DNA of 64,000 nt, from the NCBI RefSeq assembly GCF_009914755.1, contig NC_060933.1, one strand, 5' to 3'. The notes beneath the pieces are model-generated. The model was given only the letters and a program-made list of their open reading frames with translations. It did no database searches and had not been told where the DNA came from. Source of the stretch: the human T2T-CHM13v2.0 reference genome, Homo sapiens. Shown one piece after another: positions 41,529-56,097 of the stretch. Positions within the stretch are counted from its first letter, which is position 1. Each line of letters begins with the position of its first letter. The position numbers were made by a program, and so were the translations under genes.

Positions 41529-44500
41529 GATGAAATGATGACTTGAGATGAAATGATGAGATGAAATGACGAAATGATGAGATGAGATGATGAGATGAAA
41601 TTTTGAGATGAAATGGTGAGTAGAAATGATGAGATGAAATGATGAGACGAAATGACAAAATTGAAAAGAAATTGAAAGGAGAGGAGATGAGATAAAATGA
41701 GATGAAATGAGATGAGGATGAAATGAGATGAAACGAGATGAAATGAAATAATGAAATGATATGAAATAATGAAATTGTAATGAGATGATATGAGATGAAA
41801 TAATGAGATAAAATGATGAGATGAGATGAACGATGAGATGAAATGATGAAATGAAATGAGATGAAAAATGATGAGATGAAAAATGAGATGAAATGAAATA
41901 ATGAAATGAGATGAAATGAAATGAAATAATGAAAGGAAATTATGAAATGTAATGATGAAATTGAAATGAGATGAGTTGAAATGATGAGATGTAATGGTGA
42001 AATGAAATGATGAAATGAGATGAGATGAAATGAGATGAAATAATGAGATGAAATGAGATAATGAGATGAGATGAAATCATGAGATGAAATGATGAAATGA
42101 AATGAAATGATGGATGAAATTATGAGATGAAAGATGAAATGTAATGAGATGAAATGAAATGACATAATGAAATGAAATAATGAAATGAGATGAAATAAAA
42201 TAATGAAATGATGAAATAATGAAATGAAAATGAAATGGAAATGATGAGATGAGAAGAAATGATGAGATGAAATGATGAAATGATGAGATGAGATAAAATG
42301 AGATGAAATGATGAGATGAGATGAAATATGATGAGATGAAATGACATAATGAATGAAATGATGAAATGGAATAATGAAATGGAAATGATGAGCTGAGATG
42401 CAATGAGTTGAAATGAGATGAAATGATGAAATGATGAGATGAAATGATGAGATGAGATGTGATGAAATGATGACATGAAATGATGACATAAAATGAGATG
42501 AAATGAGATGTAATGATGGAATGAGATGAGATGAAATGAGATGAAATGATAGATGAGATAAAATGATGATATGAAATGATGAGATGAATGATGAGATGAT
42601 GAGATGATGAAATGAAATGATGAGATGAGATGATGAAATGAAATGGTGAGATGAAATGATGAGATGAAATGAAATAGTGAAATGAAATTGAAATAAAATC
42701 GAAATGAGATGAAATGATGAGATGATGAAATAAAATGATGAAATGATGAGATGTGATGAGATGAAATGATGAGATGAGATGAGATGACATGAAATAATGA
42801 AATGAAATTGAAATGAGATAAGATACGAGATGAGATGAAATGATGAGATGAAATGATGAAATGATGAGATAAGATGAAAAGGGTTGAGATGATGAGATGA
42901 AATGAGATGAAAAGATGAAATGATGAGATGAAATGAAATGATGAGATGAAATGAGGTGAAATGAAATTAGATGAAATGTAATGAGATGAAATGAAATGAC
43001 ATAATGAAATGAAATAATGAAATGAGATGAAATAAAATAATGAAATGATGAAATAATGAAATGAAAATGAAATGGAAATGATGAGATGAGAAGAAATGAT
43101 GAGATGAAATGATGAAATGATGAGATGAGATAAAATGAGATGAAATGGTGAGATGAGATGAAATATGATGAGATGAAATGACATAATGAATGAAATGATG
43201 AAATGGAATAATGAAATGGAAATGATGAGCTGAGATGCAATGAGTTGAAATGAGATGAAATGATGAAATGATGAGATGAAATGATGAGATGAGATGTGAT
43301 GAAATGATGACATGAAATGATGACATAAAATGAGATGAAATGAGATGTAATGATGGAATGAGATGAGATGAAATGAGATGAAATGATAGATGAGATAAAA
43401 TGATGATATGAAATGATGAGATGAATGATGAGATGATGAGATGAATGATGAAATGAAATGATGAGATGAGATGATGAAATGAAATGGTGAGATGAAATGA
43501 TGAGATGAAATGAAATAGTGAAATGAAATTGAAATAAAATCGAAATGAGAGATGAAATGATGAGATGATGAAATAAAATGATGAAATGATGAGATGTGAT
43601 GAGATGAAATGATGAGATGAAATGATGAGATGAGATGAGATGACATGAAATAATGAAATGAAATTGAAATGAGATAAGATACGAGATGAGATGAAATGAT
43701 GAGATGAAATGATGAAATGATGAGATAAGATGAAAAGTTGATGAGATGATGAGATGAAATGAGATGAAAAGATGAAATGATGAGATGAAATGATGAGATG
43801 AAATGAGGTGAAATGAAATTAGATGAAATGTAATGAGATGAAATGAAATGACATAATGAAATGAAATAATGAAATGAGATGAAATAAAATAATGAAATGA
43901 TGAAATAATGAAATGAAAATGAAATGGAAATGATGAGATAAGAAATGATGAGATGAAATGATGAAATGAGATGAGATAAAATGAGATGAAATGATGAGAA
44001 GAGATGAAATATGAGATGAAATGACATAATGAATGAAATGATGAAACGGAATAATGAAATGGAAATGATGAGCTGAGATGCAATGAGTTGAAATGAGATG
44101 AAATGATGAAATGATGAGATGAAATGATGAGATGAGATGTGATGAAATGATGACATGAAATGATGACATAAAATGAGATGAAATGAGATGTAATGATGGA
44201 ATGAGATGAGATGAAATGAGATGAAATGATAGATGAGATAAAATGATGATATGAAATGATGAGATGAATGATGAGATGATGAGATGAATGATGAAATGAA
44301 ATGATGAGATGAGATGATGAAATGAAATGGTGAGATGAAATGAGATGAAATGAAATAGTGAAATGAAATTGAAATAAAATCGAAATGAGATGAGATGAAA
44401 TGATGAGATGATGAAATAAAATGATGAAATGATGAGGTGATGAGATGAAATGATGAGATGAAATGATGAGATGAGATGTGATGAAATGATGACATGAAAT

Positions 44501-47500
44501 GATGACATAAAATGAGATGAAATGAGATGTAATGATGGAATGAGATGAGATGAAATGCGATGAAATGATAGATGAGATAAAATGATGATATGAAATGATG
44601 AGATGAATGATGAGATGATGAGATGAATGATGAAATGAAATGATGAGATGAGATGATGAAATGAAATGGTGAGATGAAATGATGAGATGAAATGAAATAG
44701 TGAAATGAAATTGAAATAAAATCGAAATGAGATGAAATGATGAGATGATGAAATAAAATGATGAAATGATGAGATGTGATGAGATGAAATGATGAGATGA
44801 GATGAGATGACATGAAATAATGAAATGAAATTGAAATGAGATAAGATACGAGATGAGATGAAATGATGAGATGAAATGATGAAATGATGAGATAAGATGA
44901 AAAGGGTTGAGATGATGAGATGAAATGAGATGAAAAGATGAAATGATGAGATGAAATGAAATGATGAGATGAAATGAGGTGAAATGAAATTAGATGAAAT
45001 GTAATGAGATGAAATGAAATGACATAATGAAATGAAATAATGAAATGAGATGAAATAAAATAATGAAATGATGAAATAATGAAATGAAAATGAAATGGAA
45101 ATGATGAGATGAGAAGAAATGATGAGATGAAATGATGAAATGATGAGATGAGATAAAATGAGATGAAATGGTGAGATGAGATGAAATATGATGAGATGAA
45201 ATGACATAATGAATGAAATGATGAAATGGAATAATGAAATGGAAATGATGAGCTGAGATGCAATGAGTTGAAATGAGATGAAATGATGAAATGATGAGAT
45301 GAAATGATGAGATGAGATGTGATGAAATGATGACATGAAATGATGACATAAAATGAGATGAAATGAGATGTAATGATGGAATGAGATGAGATGAAATGAG
45401 ATGAAATGATAGATGAGATAAAATGATGATATGAAATGATGAGATGAATGATGAGATGATGAGATGAATGATGAAATGAAATGATGAGATGAGATGATGA
45501 AATGAAATGGTGAGATGAAATGATGAGATGAAATGAAATAGTGAAATGAAATTGAAATAAAATCGAAATGAGAGATGAAATGATGAGATGATGAAATAAA
45601 ATGATGAAATGATGAGATGTGATGAGATGAAATGATGAGATGAAATGATGAGATGAGATGAGATGACATGAAATAATGAAATGAAATTGAAATGAGATAA
45701 GATACGAGATGAGATGAAATGATGAGATGAAATGATGAAATGATGAGATAAGATGAAAAGTTGATGAGATGATGAGATGAAATGAGATGAAAAGATGAAA
45801 TGATGAGATGAAATGATGAGATGAAATGAGGTGAAATGAAATTAGATGAAATGTAATGAGATGAAATGAAATGACATAATGAAATGAAATAATGAAATGA
45901 GATGAAATAAAATAATGAAATGAAATAATGAAATGAAAATGAAATGGAAATGATGAGATGAGAAGAAATGATGAGATGAAATGATGAAATGATGAGATGA
46001 GATAAAATGAGATGAAATGATGAGATGAGATGAAATATGATGAGATGAAATGACATAATGAATGAAATGATGAAATGGAATAATGAAATGGAAATGATGA
46101 GCTGAGATGCAATGAGTTGAAATGAGATGAAATGATGAAATGATGAGATGAAATGATGAGATGAGATGTGATGAAATGATGACATGAAATGATGACATAA
46201 AATGAGATGAAATGAGATGTAATGATGGAATGAGATGAGATGAAATGAGATGAAATGATAGATGAGATAAAATGATGATATGAAATGATGAGATGAATGA
46301 TGAGATGATGAGATGAATGATGAAATGAAATGATGAGATGAGATGATGAAATGAAATGGTGAGATGAAATGATGAGATGAAATGAAATAGTGAAATGAAA
46401 TTGAAATAAAATCGAAATGAGAGATGAAATGATGAGATGATGAAATAAAATGATGAAATGATGAGATGTGATGAGATGAAATGATGAGATGAAATGATGA
46501 GATGAGATGAGATGACATGAAATAATGAAATGAAATTGAAATGAGATAAGATACGAGATGAGATGAAATGATGAGATGAAATGATGAAATGATGAGATAA
46601 GATGAAAAGTTGATGAGATGATGAGATGAAATGAGATGAAAAGATGAAATGATGAGATGAAATGATGAGATGAAATGAGGTGAAATGAAATTAGATGAAA
46701 TGTAATGAGATGAAATGAAATGACATAATGAAATGAAATAATGAAATGAGATGAAATAAAATAATGAAATGAAATAATGAAATGAAAATGAAATGGAAAT
46801 GATGAGATAAGAAATGATGAGATGAAATGATGAAATGAGATGAGATAAAATGAGATGAAATGATGAGATGAGATGAAATATGAGATGAAATGACATAATG
46901 AATGAAATGATGAAACGGAATAATGAAATGGAAATGATGAGCTGAGATGCAATGAGTTGAAATGAGATGAAATGATGAAATGATGAGATGAAATGATGAG
47001 ATGAGATGTGATGAAATGATGACATGAAATGATGACATAAAATGAGATGAAATGAGATGTAATGATGGAATGAGATGAGATGAAATGAGATGAAATGATA
47101 GATGAGATAAAATGATGATATGAAATGATGAGATGAATGATGAGATGATGAGATGAATGATGAAATGAAATGATGAGATGAGATGATGAAATGAAATGGT
47201 GAGATGAAATGATGAGATGAAATGAAATAGTGAAATGAAATTGAAATAAAATTGAAATGAGATGAGATGAAATGATGAGATGATGAAATAAAATGATGAA
47301 ATGATGAGGTGATGAGATGAAATGATGAGATGAAATGATGAGATGAGATGACATGAAATAATGAAACGAAATTGAAATGAGATAAGATACGAGATGAGAT
47401 GAAATGATGAGATGAAATGAAATGATGAGATAAGATGAAAAGAGTTGATGAGATGATGAGATGAAATGAGATGAAAAGATGAAATGATGAGATGAAATGA

Positions 47501-48878
47501 AATGATGAGATGAAATGAGGTGAAATGAAATTAGATGAAATGTAATGAGATGAAATGAAATGACAATGAAATGAAAAAATGAAATGAAATAATGAAATGA
47601 GGTGAAATTAAATGAGATGATGAAATTAAATGATGAAATGAAATAATGAAATGGAAATGATGAGATGAAATGAGATGAATGATGAGATGAAATGATGAGA
47701 TGCAATGATGAGATGAAATGATGAGATGAGATGTAATGATGAGAGGAAATGAGATGTAATGAAATGAGATGAAATGAATGAGATGAAATGAAATAATGAA
47801 ATTGAATTGAGATATGAGATGAAATGAGATAAAATGAGATGAAATAAATGATGAGATGAAATGATGAAATGCTGAGGTGAGATGAAACGATGAGATGAAA
47901 TGAAAGGATGAGATGAAATGATGAGGTGAGATGAGATGAAATGAGATGAAACGAGATGAAATGATGAAATGAGATGAGATGAGAAGAAATGATTTGATGA
48001 AATGAGATGAGATAAAGTGATGAGATGAAATGAAATGAAGTGAAATGAAATAATGAAATGAAATTGAAATGAGATGAGATGAAATGAGATAAAATGAGAT
48101 GAAATGAGAAGAAATGAGATGAAATGATGAAATGAGATGATGAGATGAAAAATGAGATGAATTGAAATGAAATGAAATAATGAAATAATGAAGTGAAATG
48201 AAATGATGAATTGATGATATTGAAATGAAATTGAAAGATGAGATGAAATGATGAGATGAAATGAAATGTTGAAATGATGAAGAGATGTGACATGAAATGA
48301 GCTGAAATGAGATGAAATGAAATGAGATTAAATGATGAGATGAAAAATGATGAGATGAAAAATGAGATGAAATGATGAGATGAGATGAGATGAATTGAGA
48401 TGAGATGAGATGAAATAATGAAATTAGGTGAAATAATGAAATGAGATGAAATAACGAAATAAAATTGAAATGAGATGAGAGGAAATGAGATGAAATGTTG
48501 AAAAGAAAGGAGGAAATGATGAGGTGAGATGAAATGATGAGATGAAATGAATTGAGATGAAATGAGATGAAAAATGATACGAAAAATGATATAAAAAATA
48601 TGACATGAGATGAAATGAGATGAAAAATGATACGAAAAATGATATAAAAAATATGACATGAAATGAAATGAGATGATATGAAATGACATAATGAAATAAA
48701 TGAAATTACATGAAATGAAATGAAATAGTGAAATGAAATGATGAAATAATGAAAATGAAATGGAAATGAGATGAGATGAGATTTGATGAAATGATGAGAT
48801 GAAATGATGAGATGATATGAAATGATGAGATGAGATGGGATAAGATGAAATGAGATGAAATGATGAGGTGAAGTGATG
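41529..48878 (+). repeat. GAAAT/GAGAT/GAT simple-sequence satellite with ~840-856-bp higher-order unit
   Basis: About 7.3 kb almost free of C on the plus strand; marker agctgagatgcaatgagttg at 42391, 43228, 44071, 45251, 46100, 46940. Confidence 0.95.
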
Positions 48879-49639
48879 CACTGTCATGTGTGTGTCTTTT
48901 TCCCAACCAACAAAAATTATAATTCATTAATTTTATTATTTAAGAATATTCTTAAGAGTTGAAGGAAAAATAATATCTGTACATTATGGGTTACAATTAA
49001 GTATAAATAATACATAAATATATTAAAACTTACAAAGAATATGTTTCGGAATCGAATATACCATGCTTCTGTGATGACAGTTATTTCATGCTGGTTGTCA
49101 CAATTTTACATGAAAAACTAATGAAACAATGTTTTTAACTGTTTCTAAAAATAACAGTTTCCAAAACAGTTTTACATTCAAAATATGAAAAAGATGTCTT
49201 TGTGTTCCTTAATCTGATGAGATTTTCACACTCTGCACATGATAATTGTTAGATTTTTATTGTGTTGATAAATTGTATATCAAATAAAAAATGTTATTAC
49301 CTCTTAAATTAGGATTTTTAGGTGATATAGGCAGAAAGGAAGGCAAGTTTTTATAACTTTGTCTAAATGAACTTTCTAAATGCCTGAGTATTAAAAGATA
49401 GCATGTCTATAAATGACAATGTATATATTACTGTATGACCTAGGACCAATCAAAACCGTTACCTCTGATAACATTATATTGTGCCCAGTATAAAATAGAT
49501 ATAATAATACCTCAAACTTAAATCCAGGCATTGTCATTGAATATGTTAAGAATATGCAGCAAAGGTGCTTTTAAAAATACAAGCTAGTGATTGTACTAAA
49601 TTTGTAAATCACATAGGATAGTGGGTCATTTTAAGAATA

Positions 49640-50287
49640 TTATTTCAATCTATAAACGTGGATGTCTTTGCTTTTTTATGTTTTCTTTAATTTCTTTCAT
49701 TAATATTTGTCATTTTTGTTGTCGAAATCTTTTACTTGGTTAAATTTATTTCTAAGTACATTTTTGTAGCTATTGTAAAAGGAATTGCTTTCTTAATTTC
49801 TTGTTTCAGCTAGTTTACTATCAATATATAGAAATGCTACTGATTTTTGTATGTTGATTTATATCCTGCAACTTTATTAATTTCATGTATCACCCTGAGA
49901 AGCTTTTGGTAGAGTCTTATTTTTTTCCATGTATAAGATCACGTTGTCTTTAAACAAGGACAATTTGACTGTCTCCTTTCCAATTCAGATGTCCTTTATT
50001 TCTTTCTCTCACCTAATTGTCCTGGCTAAGACTTTCACTATGTGAAATATGATTGGTGAGAATAGGCATCCTTTTCTTGTTCCAGTAAAATCTTTTTCTT
50101 GTTCACAGTAAAATCTTTCACCTTTTCCACACTCAGTATGATCTTAGCTGTAGATTTGTCCTTTATGTCCTTTGTGTTAAGGCATATATTTTCTATACTA
50201 AATTGTTGAGAAGTTTTTTGTCATGTAAGAATATTTAATTTTGCCAAACGCTTTTATTGTGTTTATTAATTTAATCATATGGTTTTC
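49640..50287 (-). mobile_element. L1M(A) ORF2 fragment
   Basis: gctattgtaaaaggaattgctttcttaattt...aatgctactgatttttgtatgttgattt, reverse ORF2. Confidence 0.85.
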
Positions 50288-50968
50288 AGTATATATCCAA
50301 AGGAAAGAAAATCAGTATATCAAAGAGTTACCTGCACCCCCATGTTTATTACAGCACTATTCACAATAGCCAAGATATGGAATCAACAAAAGTGTCCATC
50401 AACAGATGAATGGATAAAGAAATGTGACATACATATATAATGGAATATTATTTAGTCATAATAAAGAACAAAATCCTGTTGTTTGTGGCAACAAGAATGC
50501 AAGTGGAGGGCATTATGTTAGGTGAAATAAGCCTGGCATAGAAATATAAACACCACATAACTACGTGTTCTCACTTATGTATGGAAGCTAAAATTTTTAA
50601 TCTCGTAGAAGTAGATAGTAGAGTTTTGGTTACCATATCCTGGAAAGAGTAGGAGAAAGAAGAGTATAAGAAAAATGTGCTTAATACATACAAAATTACA
50701 GCTGGAGAGAAGGAAGAAGTTCTAGTTCTCTACAGCACTGTTGGGTGACTGTAGTTAATGGGAATTTATTGTGTGTTTTCAAATAACTAAAAGAAAAGAT
50801 TTTGAATATTCTCACTGCAAAGAAATAATACATGATTTAGGTAATGGATATGATAATGACTCTGACTTGATCTTTACGCATTGCATAAATATATCAAAAT
50901 ATCACTCTGTACCCCATAACATGTACATTTATTGTATGTCAATTAAAGTAAAATTTAAAAGAGAAAAA
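50288..50968 (+). mobile_element. L1MA 3' end
   Basis: atccaaaggaaagaaaatcagtatatcaaagag...cagatgaatggataaagaaa...L1MA-type 3'UTR and A-rich end. Confidence 0.88.
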
Positions 50969-51502
50969 ATGAGGTAAAGGTAAATGTACAGAATTTAATT
51001 ACTTTTTCTTCTATAAAACCCGAGTCAGTACCAAGAAGAGTCAATTTATTAGTTTTCTAAAATAAAAAAAATCAAAATCACCAAAAAAGAGCAATATCCA
51101 AGAAAACATTGAAAAGGAAACACAACATTTAGTAAGAATAGAAAACTTGGGCACTGTATCACCCTGTTCCTAGATACCGATTTACTGATGGCCATTTAAA
51201 TAGAATTTTATTCTATCTAATTCATTTATACTCCCAGAGTTTGAAATTACATTTTACCTACAATAAATGAGATAACACTTGTAAATTATATGGTACTCTG
51301 CCTAACACACGTTAATAACTCAATAGATGTTAGCAATAAACTTTTACTATAGTAGTCAAAGTATTAATTTCTCACATTGCAATTTCCTTCAAAGACATAA
51401 ATACAACCTTTCTAATGACTCCTTGTTCATCAAGATACCTCTTCAAATTATTCTATTTGTTTCATTCAGTATATTATCTGTGTATACCGATATTACACTC
51501 TT

Positions 51503-51822
<320 letters not shown>

Positions 51823-52166
51823 TGAATATCTTTTTGAAAGATTACACCTCTTTACCTCTTCGTGCTTCAGAAATTATTTTCCTTCAAGTGTTCTAAGAGG
51901 CTAATGAAGAATGAAGTCATGTTTTATCACTTTTGTCCTTAAAGATTTCAGACATGCTGAAACTGATTGAAGTATCATTTGCTACCAGATAGATTAGTTA
52001 TCTCTAGTTGTAGGAGTGGATACATCTTTAATGGTATATTTTGGGTTATTGTCTTATTTTTGATGTAGTATTCTATCAATAATTTATTAAACCTGGCATC
52101 CTTGGGTGAGCATGGATTTTTCAACTTTGGTGTTATATTGTGTTTGCTTTTAAAAACTGCTTTTGA

Positions 52167-52476
52167 GGCCAGGTATGGTGGCTCTTGCCCATACCCAGCA
52201 CTCTGGGAGGCCAAGGTGGGCGGATTACCTCAGGCCAGGAGTTCAAGACCAGCCTGGTCAACATGGCAAAACCATGTCTCTACTAAAAACACAAAATTAG
52301 CCAGGCATGGTGGTGCATGCTTGTAGTCCTAACCACTCGAGAGGCTGAGGCAAGAGAATCACCTGAACCTGGGAGGCAAAAGTTGCTAGGTTGCTGTGAG
52401 CCAAATTCACACCATTGCCCTCCAGCCTGGGTGAAAAGAGCAAAACTCTGTCTCAAAAAAAGAAAAAAAAACGACC
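52167..52476 (+). mobile_element. Alu (AluS/J)
   Basis: TSD aaaaactgcttttga. Confidence 0.93.
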
Positions 52477-55345
52477 AAAAACTGCTTTTGAGTGGAGTTG
52501 TACATACAATTTTGATGAAAACAATTATCAAGTGCATAAGTTCATAATAGAAAAACCAATAATACTCCAGGCACAAGTTAGTACTAAAAAAATTATATTG
52601 AATATGCTCTAATACAACATGCTTTTTCCCTTCATGAACAATTTGTGTTTTACTGAGAAGAGTCATTGTTTATGGTAGACATTAGACTACAGATGAATAT
52701 GCACTTTAAACACTCTTAGTTGCTTTCTTAATTTTATATCTGCTGCTTTATGCTTCTGTTTTTCATTCTTTCCAATGTCCACATTCTAGTAAATTTGAAT
52801 ATTTTAATCCAAGTTTATATACTATTTAATATTGCTTGTATAGTTTAGTATTGTTAAGACTCAAAAAGGTTTACAGAAAGAAGAAAAAGATCAACATGTT
52901 ATTAATCATTTAAAGATCATTTTGAAATCTTTGACCTTTATATTTTAATGAATAAAATATTAGTAGTTATTAGTATAAAATAATTTATGTCTTTTGGACT
53001 TAGCATCCAGTATTTCTTTTTTAATAAAGAAAATAATTATTCTCTTGCAATATACTATGTTTACCTGGGTTTTGAAAAGTGATGTTTCCTAATATGAGAA
53101 AGCCATTTACATTTTTAAATCTACAAAGGCAAATGGAATGGTACTAAATTATTTACATAATAATGTTTAGATGGTGGCCCTTATAACATTCTTTCTATAC
53201 TTCCTACAGAGTTGGGGATATGCAATCCTGGAATATTTCTGGGAGCTAATCCTTTAGCTTGATGAATGAAACAAGACTTTTAAATAAAATTAACTTTCAA
53301 ATTATCCAGGTAATGGGCCTGTCTTTTAATTCAATGGATATGGAGCATAATGAATTATCCCCTGTTCATTGGGTAATAAGTTCTCATTCTTAATTTATAA
53401 TACTCAAAATATCCTTTAATTTTTAATTTTTGATAGTCATATCATTATCCCTAGGTATTTTAGCTTCTATCTTAAATTCTAAAATAATTTTGAGACAGGA
53501 GAAAGTATTCTTTATTACTATATGTATTAAACATCATGGTTTTCAAATTTAACTGCAAATGTATCTTTTCATTGCTTCTTGGTGACGCCCTTCACCCTAT
53601 CCATATTGTCACTACCAAGTGGTGATTACTTTTCAGGTTCACATACTTATTCTTTAGAAAAATCTTCTCTGTGCCTTATAAAGAATATGATTGTTGGCAT
53701 TCAAAAGCCAGCGAAATATACATTATTAGCCTGTTGCCTAACTCATTTATTTAAGAGACTACACTAATCACTCACATACTTATGTTTTTATTTACTCATT
53801 ATTTCTGGAGAAAACAAATACTGCTAACATGATATTTGTAAGAGAGAAAAAAGTCTTTTCTTGAAAAGTGCTGTCATTGTAGTACTAACTTATAGTATCA
53901 ACTTCTTTATCAACTCCTTATACACTTTTTATTCTGAGAGAAATAAAAAAGCTAAAAGTGAAATGACTTTTTTAACTCTCCATATTATAAGCACCCATCT
54001 TGGTAATTTAGGGTCTTTATAGTTAGGGTAAGTTGTGTCATACCGAGGTTACAAAATAAAAAGTATTTTGTCTCTTTGGGCCTTTCCTTATTCAGTAATA
54101 CTGTCAGTTTGGCTTTTTTTGTAGGTCAACTTATTGAACTCAGTATTCTGAAATAATGTGTTTACTATCTTTTGATAAGCATTTAAAATATTAGGTTTAT
54201 TGTTACTCTTCTGCCTTCATTGGGCTGGAAGAATAATTGTTTCACTCCACAAAAGCCAAGTTGCAGAGAAAAACACATAGACATTCAACTGCAAAGCAGA
54301 GAAACTTGACTATTTTCTGCAATTTTAAAGTGTATATTGAATAAAACCATCTTTTTATTTTCTTTTTTGCTCACTGGCAAATATTAACAACATCAAGTGC
54401 ATTATTATAATGTTATCTAGTTAAAAATCTCAAAAAGTTTTCATAATTCCCATTTAAAACTATATAAATAAGTGACCTAATGCTAATTTTTATTGTCTGA
54501 GACCATGTCTGTTATTTCACTCTTTAAATTCAGTTAGTAATGCAGAACCTAGCACTTAGTAGATACTCAAAAATTATTTGCTGAATAAAAAAAGGTTAAA
54601 CATGTAATATACACAAAATGTACTGGAAAAAATGCACCAAACAATTTTGTTATACCAGTTTAATGTAAATATTGCCTTTAAAAGATAATATAGTTTTCAG
54701 GTGTCTACAGTGATTTTGTAATATTTGTGCACATATAAAATAATATTTGCAAAAATGTAGTCCAGTGGGGAAATATACTTTCTAAATTCTAGATTTATAA
54801 TTTAGGGTTTAAATTATAAAATCATTAAATAAGACACAAGTGAAATATAGTCAAATATCCCCTTGGAAAAAAAATTAAGTGGCCTCTAAAGTGAGGTATT
54901 CATGTATGTAATTTTACAATCCTCTAGTGACAGAATTAATTAAATATGCCACCAAATTGATTAATTCCTACAGTGTTAAAAGAGAAGCACTAACAATGCC
55001 AGTGACCATGTGACATGGATTTAAGCTACAAGTCATAGAAATGTGATGAGAAGCCTCAGCACTGTAAAACCGAGGGTGGAGGAAAGCTTTTCCTCTCTCA
55101 AATGAGCTTTGCGAGGTATACTTCTTAAAGGATAGGAAGTTGAAGTGTTCAGGACTTTTATGTCTATTCTACTTTGGCTTAGTTTACATGATTCTTAGTT
55201 TATTAGCCTAGAAATGGCCAAGAAAACTTAAGGCTCAATAATTAGTTATAAATATGAAATATCCCCAATTTTTAAGATAGAAACAACTTATAAATGTATT
55301 TGTCTGTAAAAATTGTGTATATTTTTACAGAACATCTATTTCTTT

Positions 55346-56097
55346 TTTATTTTTTTATGTTTTTTTATACTTTAAATTCTAGGGTACACATGAACAATGT
55401 GCAGGTTTGTTGCATATGTATACATGTGCCATGTTGGTGTGCTGCACCCATTAACTCATCATTTATATTAGGCATATCTCCTAATGCTATCTCTCCCCCC
55501 TCCCCCCACCCCACAACAGGCCCTGGTGTGTGATGTTCCCCTTCCTGTGTCCAAGTGTTCTCATTGTTCAATTCCCACCTATGAGTGAGAACATGCGGTG
55601 TTTGGTTTTTTGTCCTTGTGATAGTTTGCTGAGAATGATGGTTTCCAGCTTCATCCATGTCCCTAGAAAGGACATGAACTCATCATTTTTTATGGATGCA
55701 TAGTATTCCATGGTGTATATGTGCCACATTTTCTTAATCCAGTCTATCATTTTTGAACATTTGGGTTGGTTCCAAGTCTTTGCTATTGTGAATAGTGCCG
55801 CGATAAACATACGTGTGCATGTGTCTTTATAGTAGCATGATTTATAATCCTTTGGGTATATACCCAGTAGTGGGATGGCTGGGTCAAATGGTATTTCTAG
55901 TTCTAGATCCCTGAGGAATGGCCACACTGACTTCCACAATGGTTGAACTAGTTTACAGTCCCACCAACAGTGTGAAAGTGTTCCTATTTCTCCACATCCT
56001 CTCCATCACCTGTTGTTTCCTGACTTTTTAATGATCACCATTCTAACTTGTGTGAGATGGTATCTCATTGTGGTTTTGATTTGCATTTCTGTGATGG
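55346..56097 (-). mobile_element. L1PA 3' end, 5'-truncated (~750 bp)
   Basis: ORF 55568-55939 is the ORF2 C-terminus (LELEIPFDPAIPLLGIYPKDYKSC...); TSD tctatttcttt at 55335-55345 and 56099-56109. Confidence 0.96.

Noticed and set aside
41529-48878. HSat2/HSat3 assignment
   Set aside because: The GGAAT/CATTC core is rare; units are GAAAT, GAGAT and GAT.
41512-48887. Very long minus-strand ORFs (2255, 1068, 668 and 325 aa; S/H/F/I/L-rich)
   Set aside because: The plus strand rarely contains TCA, TTA or CTA, so the minus strand is stop-poor in all frames. These are satellite translation artefacts.
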